Positions 56,909-64,000 of a DNA stretch of 64,000 nt are shown here, in pieces (the first letter of the stretch is position 1; every line of letters begins with the position of its first letter). The notes beneath the pieces were generated by a model, which saw only the letters and a program-made list of their open reading frames with translations, did not search any database and had not been told where the DNA came from. Position numbers and translations under genes: made by a program. Origin of the DNA: an uncultured Candidatus Saccharibacteria bacterium (GTDB taxonomy: Bacteria > Patescibacteriota > Doudnabacteria > UBA920); NCBI GenBank assembly GCA_964416765.1, contig CAYQEU010000001.1, positions 475,168-539,167 of the forward strand, written 5' to 3'.

Positions 56909-58579
56909 TTATTGCGCTTTACCCCCTGATGTTTGCATCTCTTTCATCTGCAAGGCGGTGTTTTCTCCTTTGCGGGCTTTGGGGGTGACGAAGAATTCCA
57001 AGTAGAAGCCCAGCATCAAGCGGGTCTGTGCTTCAATAGCTGGCAAACTACCAAACACGACAGACACAATTGGCACCAAAAACCACTGGAGATACATCAT
57101 GACACTGCGGGCCGGACCGTATTTTTTGGGGCGCGGCGGCAATAAAATTAGATTGATATAAACACTGCAAATCAAAAACAAGGTAGCTGTGGTCATGAGG
57201 GTTTTGGTGACAAGCGGCAGGTTAAACGCCACAACGCTCTTCAGGAATTCCTGGCCGCCAATAATCAACGGTAACCAACCTAAAATGGAAATAAGCACAC
57301 TGGCCGCGGCCCAGTTAAAGTCCCCTTCCACGTACTGCCAAAGCTTGTACATCCGGTCCCAAAACGGGGCTTTGCTTTTAATTAACGGCATGATCAAATG
57401 AGGGTAATACTCAACATTGTACGCCCAGCGGCGCTTCTGCTTGTACTGGTTTATGAGGGTCTGCCAGAAAGTTTCGGCCAAACAGGTATCAAGCGAAACA
57501 GGAATCAGTAGCGGCACAACCTCATAATCCCCATCATAGTGCAGGTAACATTGCCAATAAATGTATCCGTCCTCATTTACCAAATCCTTTTTCCAGAAAC
57601 CAACGTCCACCAGCGCCCGCAACGTCATGGAGTGGGAAGAGAACGTGCGAAGCCTATCTGGACGTGATCCTTCAGTAAACTGCCAGAACGAATTGGAGAC
57701 AGATACAACACGGATGAGTGCGGGACTGTCCCAAATATTATTGTTATATATGGTAATCGGCTGGTAACTGCGTCGGTAAGGCTTCTCCGAAGTCAAAAAC
57801 TCATATGCCACGCGGGCGAAGTATTGTGGGTGTACTATGGTGTCGCTGTCAAAATTGGCCACCAAAACCTGGTCAACAGTGATGCCATCCGCTTCCAATT
57901 GCGGCATAACGTGCTGTACCGAATAGCTGCAATTAGCGCTCTTTCCCTTGATTTCCCCGGGCAACCCGTCGGGGTGGACAGTGATAAAAAATTTATAAAA
58001 TTCCTTCCCGTACTGGTCCTTGATTTTATTGGCGACATCCAGCGCTTGCTGGCCGACTCTTTCTTCAGCCGCCAAAATGACCATTATGCGATCCATCGGA
58101 TAGCGCGACCGGGTCAGGGAATGGAGAGTGGATTGCAACACTTCAAAGCTCTCATCTACAAACGGAATAATTACGAGATGGTAAAAATCCCGATAGTCTC
58201 GCTTAATCAAAGGACGCGCGACGGTTGAATTCAGCCGTTCCCACTCTTCGAGATAGTAATCGCGCTGCAAAGAAGTCTGGGCCACTAGTTCCTGCTCGCG
58301 CAAAAACTTTTTGAAACCCTCCAGGTCGCTGTTCATCCGTTGTAAATAATCCAGCCAGTCGATTGTAACGAAGAACCGGAATTTTCTATAGCTCGCCAAC
58401 AAGTGCAACGAGACGTTTACTGCCTTAAGGAGCCAATACAGGTCAAAACAAACAATGAAACAGGCCGCCCACACGGGACGGTAGTAAGACAGGACCAGGG
58501 CGCCAAGAAAAACTGTCCAGATTTCTAAACCTGGCAGAATTTCCCAAAACCTTTCCCTTGCGGTGCGTTTCCGAAACAT
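56909..58579 (-). CDS. Membrane-embedded GT2-like glycosyltransferase (start at Met13 to give 1-nt coupling overlap with upstream small gene)
   Basis: N-terminal TM segments, central GT2-like region VANFDSDTIVHPQYF, C-terminal TM segments. Confidence 0.55.
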   Translation of the reverse strand: MFRKRTARERFWEILPGLEIWTVFLGALVLSYYRPVWAACFIVCFDLYWLLKAVNVSLHLLASYRKFRFFVTIDWLDYLQRMNSDLEGFKKFLREQELVAQTSLQRDYYLEEWERLNSTVARPLIKRDYRDFYHLVIIPFVDESFEVLQSTLHSLTRSRYPMDRIMVILAAEERVGQQALDVANKIKDQYGKEFYKFFITVHPDGLPGEIKGKSANCSYSVQHVMPQLEADGITVDQVLVANFDSDTIVHPQYFARVAYEFLTSEKPYRRSYQPITIYNNNIWDSPALIRVVSVSNSFWQFTEGSRPDRLRTFSSHSMTLRALVDVGFWKKDLVNEDGYIYWQCYLHYDGDYEVVPLLIPVSLDTCLAETFWQTLINQYKQKRRWAYNVEYYPHLIMPLIKSKAPFWDRMYKLWQYVEGDFNWAAASVLISILGWLPLIIGGQEFLKSVVAFNLPLVTKTLMTTATLFLICSVYINLILLPPRPKKYGPARSVMMYLQWFLVPIVSVVFGSLPAIEAQTRLMLGFYLEFFVTPKARKGENTALQMKEMQTSGGKAQ

Positions 58580-58950
58580 TAGTTTACAAAAAATAAAAAT
58601 ATCATGGCCGTGCACATAACCAGTGCCACCAGCCAGCTAATCAGCGCTACTAAAATACCGAGGAAATCTTCTCTTGGTATGCCGTATCGGTAAATCAGGT
58701 AGTTGATGATGGCGACCCCTGCTGCTGCTGCGGGGACAAGGTAAAGATCGCGCTTACGGCCGAGCAAGTCCACTCCGATGATGACATTATAATGGAGCGC
58801 CACGGTGCTAGGACCGCTCCGCGCCTTAAAATATGTTAAAACCAATGTTATAATGGTTGTGGCAAGAGTAAGCATCCACAAAAAATAGACCAGACGTGGA
58901 CTGGTCAAAGCTTTTTCAAACAGGGTTGGTTGTGCCTCTAATTCGGCCAT
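58579..58950 (-). CDS. Small polytopic membrane protein (GtrA-like size)
   Basis: 123 aa, 3-4 hydrophobic helices, translationally coupled to downstream GT2 gene. Confidence 0.45.
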   Translation of the reverse strand: MAELEAQPTLFEKALTSPRLVYFLWMLTLATTIITLVLTYFKARSGPSTVALHYNVIIGVDLLGRKRDLYLVPAAAAGVAIINYLIYRYGIPREDFLGILVALISWLVALVMCTAMIFLFFVN

Positions 58951-58999
58951 ATTCTGTAGTATTTTACCAAAAACAGGGCTTACTCACAAGATTGCTTTT

Positions 59000-60730
59000 A
59001 TGACAAAAAAACAAATCATCATATTCTTCCTTATCCTGGCAACGGCAGTATTTTTCCGGTTTTACATGATCCGCACCTTACCGGGCGGCTTATTCCCTGA
59101 TGAGGCGGCTAATGGACTTGATATTAACTCCATGCAGCAGGGCCACTTGCAACCTTTCTACGAACGAGGCAATGGCCGGGAAGCGCTGTTTTTTTACGTG
59201 GAATGGGCTAGCGTGGAAGCGTTTGGCAAAGGCCCTTGGCAGCACCATATCTCTTCGGCCGCGGTCGGGACTATTGGGGTAATCCTCTGCTTTTTCGTTA
59301 CCAAAAAGCTTTTTGAAGCATTTTCTGACGGCAGCGATGAACAAAAACACCGGGCCGTTAACCTAGGCTTGCTGGCAATGTTTCTTATGGCAGCTTCGAC
59401 CTGGCACGTGACTCTTTCCCGAACCGCTTTTCGGGCCAACACAATACCCATGTTTGCCGCCGCGACCATGTACTGCCTTCTTTGCGCCTACACCGCGCTT
59501 ACTAAAGGAAAGCGTCTGGCTTGGGCCGCTACTGCCGGAGCGGTTTTCGCTCTTGGTTTCTATACTTACATAGCTTACCGAATTATGGCGCCAATTCTGC
59601 TAGTAGCAGTGGGGTGGCCTTGGCTCATGGACCTTCTTCACCGTCCCCGTTTCTTCTGGACCAAAAAGTTTTTTGTACCCGCCGTGGCGTTTATAATCGC
59701 GGCTGTTATTTTTGTTTTCCCGATAGCAAAGTATTTTTATGACCACCCCGGTTCTTTTGTGGGACGAAGTGACCAGGTAAGCATCTTTAATCCGGACCTG
59801 AACGAAGGGCATTTGGTTGGAGCCTTGGCCGAGGTAACCAAACAAAGCTTGCTGGGCTTCTTTTTCCATGGTGATATCAACTGGCGTCACAATGTTTCCG
59901 GTGAACCATTTTTACCCTGGTATGTTTCCCCGTTCTTCGCCCTCGGTTTAATTTTCGCAACGCTTCGCGCCGTGCGTTTCTTTTTCTCCCCACGCAAACA
60001 TTACGGCGATTGGCCGTACTTCCTCCTGGCCGGATGGTTCTGGGGCATGCTTCTTCCAGTAGTCACTACCGCTGAAGGGATTCCACATGGCCTACGCAGT
60101 ATTGGGTTAATCCCCGCGGCTTATATCCTGAGTGCCTGGGGAATCTTTATTGTCTTTGAAGCCTTGGGCAAATTGCGGGCGGTTTACTGGCGCTGGATAA
60201 CCCCGGTCAAACGCCGCATCCTAACATGGTCATTTAACTCACTTAAAGTCTGTTTCGTCCTCGCTATGCTTACCCAAACTTACATTCTCTATTTTGATGT
60301 AGCTCTAGCCAGCCCTGAACAGGCGTTTGCGTTCCGAGATGACTTAACTCCCGTGGCTAATTATCTCAATGGCTTTTATGATAATGAATCAGCGGTCCCC
60401 GCTGGCAAAATACCGGCCAATTATCCAAACCCTCATACCAGAGAAAACACTTACCTCATCCTCGACGATTACGCTTCCCAGACAGTGGATTATCTTACCA
60501 CCGTGGACGGCGCGCACCCTAGCAACCCCAAAAACCAACCCTACAAGCGGGTTAAGCCCGAAGATATTGGGACACTAACCCATTTGCACGCCGGGGACCA
60601 AGTGGTGTTTAACCAAACCGCAACTCCTGAAATTAAAACTTTTAAAGCAAATAATCCAACAGCCGGCCTGGTGGTGGAGGTCAGAAATAGTTTTGACCAA
60701 GCTGTCATGGCTGTCTACCAAATCCCATGA
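59000..60730 (+). CDS. GT39/GT83-like (PMT_2/ArnT-family) polytopic glycosyltransferase
   Basis: N-terminal LPGGLFPDEAANGLD (DE motif in first loop), >10 TM helices. Confidence 0.65.
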   Translation: MTKKQIIIFFLILATAVFFRFYMIRTLPGGLFPDEAANGLDINSMQQGHLQPFYERGNGREALFFYVEWASVEAFGKGPWQHHISSAAVGTIGVILCFFVTKKLFEAFSDGSDEQKHRAVNLGLLAMFLMAASTWHVTLSRTAFRANTIPMFAAATMYCLLCAYTALTKGKRLAWAATAGAVFALGFYTYIAYRIMAPILLVAVGWPWLMDLLHRPRFFWTKKFFVPAVAFIIAAVIFVFPIAKYFYDHPGSFVGRSDQVSIFNPDLNEGHLVGALAEVTKQSLLGFFFHGDINWRHNVSGEPFLPWYVSPFFALGLIFATLRAVRFFFSPRKHYGDWPYFLLAGWFWGMLLPVVTTAEGIPHGLRSIGLIPAAYILSAWGIFIVFEALGKLRAVYWRWITPVKRRILTWSFNSLKVCFVLAMLTQTYILYFDVALASPEQAFAFRDDLTPVANYLNGFYDNESAVPAGKIPANYPNPHTRENTYLILDDYASQTVDYLTTVDGAHPSNPKNQPYKRVKPEDIGTLTHLHAGDQVVFNQTATPEIKTFKANNPTAGLVVEVRNSFDQAVMAVYQIP

Positions 60731-62244
60731 AAAAATACTATGCCGTAGCCGCGGCCACTGCACTCGGCCTGTTCATGCGTTTCTTAGACATAAGCAAAAT
60801 TTCCCTCTGGCACGATGAGGCGTTTTCCGCTCTGCTCATCCGCTACCCCTGGGGAGAAATGTTCCACCGCATAGCCGAGGATGTCCACCCGCCGTTGTAT
60901 TATATTGTGCTCCGCTTGTGGTCTTATGTTTTCGGGTCTTCAGTATTGTCCCTGCGCGGGTTTTCGGCGGTATGCGGCGCCCTGACGATCCCTCTCACCT
61001 ATTATATAGTCGATAAGTACTTCGCTAACCGCAAAGCCGCCATTATCGCCAGCGTGCTCATGGCTGTAAACTTTTTCCAAATTTACCGCGGCAGCCTGGA
61101 AGCGCGCATGTACACCTTCGCCATTCTAATCTCTCTTTTGGCGACCCTGGCGCTGTTGGATGCGCTTTACACTCAGGTACAGGGGAAAAAGAACTGGGTG
61201 CTGTGGGGGCTATTCGCCTTACTGGGCGCCTCTATGATCTATACCCACTATTACCTTTCTTTCAACCTGATTGCCTTGGGAATTTACGCCCTTTACTTCT
61301 TGTATAAAAATTACCGGTTTAAATTTAGGGAATACATTCCGTTTGCCGCCGCCTGTGCTGGTGTGGGGGTTCTGTTCCTTCCATGGCTAAAAGTTTTTCA
61401 TGCCCAGCTTTCCCAGGTACAGGATGTGTTTTGGATCTGGCCAATGGACCGCTGGAGCATTTCCAATACGTTCTGGGACCTTACTCTCGCGTTTCGCTCC
61501 GGCTGGATTCCGAACAATGTTCTGCTCGTGCTAATCACCGTGTTTGCGGTATTGGCACTGTTTACCCTGGTGCGCTACCAGCAGTCAAAAGAAAAATGGC
61601 TGGTTTTGGTTTCCGTGTTAGCGCCCTTTGTTGGTTCATTGATTTTCTTAACTATTAATCACCTCCAGGGCCATACCAGTTCTGTATTCCTGATCCGTTA
61701 TTTCGTTCTGATCAGTCCGTTCTACCTCATCGCCGTTTCATTATGGCTTGCGTCTTGGAAACGTCGAACCCTGACCTGGCTTGTCGCCGGATTCCTTATT
61801 TTGGTCAACCTGTACGGTTTCTATGATTTCTTTTATAACCAAGGCGCCGCGACAAAACCGGGCATGGCAGCGCTTACTAGGTACCTAAACTCATATGCCA
61901 ATTCCGGCAAAGATAAAATCATTGCCGCGACACCGTATGAATACTTTAACCTAAAATATTACCTCAGGACTCCGAATCCTCCGCTCCTATACACTTATGG
62001 ACGGCCGAGCGTAAGCCAGCTGGCTCACTACGACGGGACGGCTTTGCTTGAAGACACTAATCTAATAGCGGACTTAAAAACGGGGACTAAGGCTGAGGAT
62101 ACCGTCTGGGTAGTATGGACTCACGCTTATAGCGGCGACAAACCATTAGTGCCCGCGAACTGGACCCAAATAGAAGAACGTGGCTTCGACGACATCCAGC
62201 CGTATCCAACCACGCTCTATATTACAGAGTATAAGGTTAATTAA
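60727..62244 (+). CDS. Second GT39/GT83-like (PMT_2/ArnT-family) polytopic glycosyltransferase
   Basis: SLWHDEAFSALL (DE motif), multiple TM helices; overlaps previous gene by 4 nt. Confidence 0.65.
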   Translation: MKKYYAVAAATALGLFMRFLDISKISLWHDEAFSALLIRYPWGEMFHRIAEDVHPPLYYIVLRLWSYVFGSSVLSLRGFSAVCGALTIPLTYYIVDKYFANRKAAIIASVLMAVNFFQIYRGSLEARMYTFAILISLLATLALLDALYTQVQGKKNWVLWGLFALLGASMIYTHYYLSFNLIALGIYALYFLYKNYRFKFREYIPFAAACAGVGVLFLPWLKVFHAQLSQVQDVFWIWPMDRWSISNTFWDLTLAFRSGWIPNNVLLVLITVFAVLALFTLVRYQQSKEKWLVLVSVLAPFVGSLIFLTINHLQGHTSSVFLIRYFVLISPFYLIAVSLWLASWKRRTLTWLVAGFLILVNLYGFYDFFYNQGAATKPGMAALTRYLNSYANSGKDKIIAATPYEYFNLKYYLRTPNPPLLYTYGRPSVSQLAHYDGTALLEDTNLIADLKTGTKAEDTVWVVWTHAYSGDKPLVPANWTQIEERGFDDIQPYPTTLYITEYKVN

Positions 62245-62930
62245 ACAACCACCGTTCCCTTAAACTTACCGCTGCCCGAAAGGGCGGCGTTTAAGTTATC
62301 CAAATTTTTGCCGTTGAGGATAACCACTCTCTGCCGATGTGCCTTGGCGTATTTTGTGGCTGTGGGGTCAAAAGGCACGTTCGCTCCCGGGCTCCACTTG
62401 GTGCCCACGATTTTTTGAAAATTCGCCCAGTCGATCAGCTCAATCTTCTTCGCGTCTTTATGCTTTCGCGGGTCTTTATCATAGACGTAATCAATATTAC
62501 TCATGTTAATCACCTGCGCCGCTTTATATCGGTGAGCCAGCATTACAGCTTCATAGTCAGTGCTGCGTCCGGGCTTCCAGCCACCTGAAACTAAAACGGG
62601 TTTGGTAAAACTGCCGGGTTTTTCCGGGTTGGTGACAATGTGGTTTTCCGCAATTTGTTCACCCAGAGCATGGCGTACCAATTGGGCGTTTAAGTGAGTA
62701 GCCGCAATGCCCATCCAATCAAGTGACTCGCTGGATGGTTTTGATGCTTTAACTAGGGCATTTTGATATACCCGGGCTGGTGCTCCGCCGCCGATAACCA
62801 GGACAAAACGGTGTCCGGATTTTACTTTCCGCTTTATCAAAGCCGTGAATTTCTTCAAAAAATCATGATTGATTCCGTTGGGAACCAACACAGAACCCCC
62901 TACCGAAATAACAAAAGTTTCTTTTTTCAT
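62241..62930 (-). CDS. pyrH: UMP kinase (amino-acid-kinase fold)
   Basis: FVISVGGSVL, VLVIGGGAPARVY; 229 aa. Confidence 0.75.
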   Translation of the reverse strand: MKKETFVISVGGSVLVPNGINHDFLKKFTALIKRKVKSGHRFVLVIGGGAPARVYQNALVKASKPSSESLDWMGIAATHLNAQLVRHALGEQIAENHIVTNPEKPGSFTKPVLVSGGWKPGRSTDYEAVMLAHRYKAAQVINMSNIDYVYDKDPRKHKDAKKIELIDWANFQKIVGTKWSPGANVPFDPTATKYAKAHRQRVVILNGKNLDNLNAALSGSGKFKGTVVV

Positions 62931-62934
62931 AAGT

Positions 62935-63930
62935 TTAGTTTGAACATGGTGTATTAATTAGGCAAAGATAGGCCCGGGTAGGCAATCGCATATCAACATA
63001 AACCAAACCGCGATAGCGGTCGGGTGGGGTTTGGTCCAATAACAATTTTAGTTTAGCAGAAGTATCGGAAATATTAATGCTTGGTTCCAGTATGACCCGG
63101 AAACGTGGCGGGTTTGCCTTACCTGCGACGGTCGTTTTCACCAATACGGCCGCAAGGGTGCCATCTTTCCAGCTTTCGGTAAATTTTTGAGTTGTCTCTG
63201 GATCCCCCTCGGGCAATTTTGCTTCAAAATAAGCGTAGTTTTGACCCGTTGTTTGGGGGAACAGATTGGCGGTGTCTTCCACCAGGGAAAGTAATGCCGG
63301 ATCGAGATACTGGTCGGTAACATTGACAGACGCCGTGTGATTAACCGATACCGTAACGAGCGCCCCACTTTGGGGCAGATCTTCACCTATTTTTGGCAAA
63401 ATCCTTTTAACGGTTCCGTCATTATACAGGATTAGTTCATCCTGGGGACGGAAGATCGCGTAGCGTTCATATTTCTCTATTAGCACAATGCGGGCCGACT
63501 TGGTCCTAAAAGTTTTTTCGCCGGCAATGACTTTGGACACCGCGGGAACCTTGGCCGCGATTGCTTCCGCTATTTTTTGAGGGTCAAAAAATAGGTAGTT
63601 TGCCCCGGGAACATACCAAGGTCGCGAATGTTGGTATTCAGCCACTGCTTGTTGGGCTAACAAGCGATTGTCATTATTTAGCCCTTCCACTTTTATTTCC
63701 TTCACGAACAGAGGATTGGGCACGTACAAAACATAAGCGGCGGCGATTAAAGCCGCGGCCAGCAGCAATTGCATGATTAGGCTTGCTAACCCAACTTTTT
63801 GGAGACCGGCTTCAACCCTATTTTCCGAACGGACCCGCGCCACGCGTTTGTAACTTCGGGCAACCTGGAGTTTTTTGGTAAAGCCAGCCCGCTGAAAGCG
63901 AACTCGTGGATCTAGTCGTTTTTGTTCCAT
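62935..63930 (-). CDS. ftsQ: Cell division protein FtsQ/DivIB-like (POTRA domain, single TM)
   Basis: Basic cytoplasmic N-terminus, TM LIMQLLLAAALIAAAYVLYV, then POTRA-like LFVKEIKVEGLNNDN. Confidence 0.5.
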   Translation of the reverse strand: MEQKRLDPRVRFQRAGFTKKLQVARSYKRVARVRSENRVEAGLQKVGLASLIMQLLLAAALIAAAYVLYVPNPLFVKEIKVEGLNNDNRLLAQQAVAEYQHSRPWYVPGANYLFFDPQKIAEAIAAKVPAVSKVIAGEKTFRTKSARIVLIEKYERYAIFRPQDELILYNDGTVKRILPKIGEDLPQSGALVTVSVNHTASVNVTDQYLDPALLSLVEDTANLFPQTTGQNYAYFEAKLPEGDPETTQKFTESWKDGTLAAVLVKTTVAGKANPPRFRVILEPSINISDTSAKLKLLLDQTPPDRYRGLVYVDMRLPTRAYLCLINTPCSN

Positions 63931-63931
63931 C

Positions 63932-64000
63932 TTAAGTATTGAGCCAATAAGGTTCCTGTCGGCAAAGCATGCTTGCCGCGCTCGTAGGCTCGGCCATTAC
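63932..64000 (-). CDS. 3' end of an upstream minus-strand gene (unidentified)
   Basis: Open frame ...VMAEPTSAASMLCRQEPYWLNT* ending 1 nt before ftsQ-like start. Confidence 0.3.
   Translation of the reverse strand, partial: VMAEPTSAASMLCRQEPYWLNT

Noticed and set aside
1-64000. CRISPR arrays, tRNA or rRNA genes
   Set aside because: No regularly spaced direct repeats were seen, and no intergenic region has cloverleaf-like GC-rich structure or rRNA-like conservation. The intergenic spaces are mostly short promoter or terminator regions
1-64000. Transposase/integrase or other mobile-element genes bounding the compositional islands
   Set aside because: No ORF with transposase or recombinase motifs was found, and no flanking direct or inverted repeats were detected by eye at island borders. 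The islands are therefore reported as compositional anomalies only

Overview
This 64-kb window reads as a small-genome bacterium, possibly from the Candidate Phyla Radiation (CPR/Patescibacteria); that placement is inference only. The genome uses the standard genetic code, with TGA as a stop codon. Signals pointing that way are an alanyl-tRNA synthetase missing its C-terminal domain, ribosomal proteins with extra N-terminal tails, abundant glycosyltransferases, a sortase and a high coding density. Core genes run at about 45-60% GC. They include the tail of peptide deformylase (def) followed by two DnaQ-like exonuclease genes and methionyl-tRNA formyltransferase (fmt). Others are the murein transglycosylase mltG, a YjbQ-family gene and the alpha ribosomal operon (infA-rpmJ-rpsM-rpsK-rpsD-rpoA-rplQ, then rplM-rpsI). 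The core also holds glucose-6-phosphate isomerase (pgi), alaS, an S41 carboxyl-terminal protease and a large cell-envelope glycan locus. That locus comprises an O-antigen-ligase-like gene, GT4 and GT2 glycosyltransferases, a Wzx-type flippase, the dTDP-rhamnose operon rmlBCDA plus a NUDIX gene, a WecA-like transferase and two tandem GT39/PMT-like transferases, followed by UMP kinase (pyrH) and an ftsQ-like gene. Three regions differ in base composition from this core. The first is a low-GC block (about 3.6-10.9 kb) carrying a TrmB-type regulator and one tightly packed minus-strand operon. That operon encodes an amino-acid dehydrogenase, a PaaK-like adenylating enzyme, a ThiF/E1-like protein, a tandem-domain nitroreductase and a sensor histidine kinase, and it is my top candidate for an undescribed system. 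The second is a low-GC block (about 12.7-21.6 kb) whose genes resemble amino-sugar or aminocyclitol modification enzymes: an APH-like kinase, two DegT-type aminotransferases, an SDR epimerase, a FemAB/GNAT-like transferase, an inositol-monophosphatase-family gene, a TIM-barrel sugar isomerase, an LmbE deacetylase and an RNHCP zinc-ribbon gene. The third is a high-GC (about 60-65%) pair of secreted-protein genes at 45.0-47.1 kb, driven by a near-consensus sigma-70 promoter with a hairpin-rich leader. I found no rRNA, tRNA or CRISPR array, and no transposase or integrase gene. The L36 gene (rpmJ) appears frameshifted. An extended -10 promoter motif (TGGTATAAT or TGCTATAAT) recurs just upstream of many genes, and several of these genes look leaderless.
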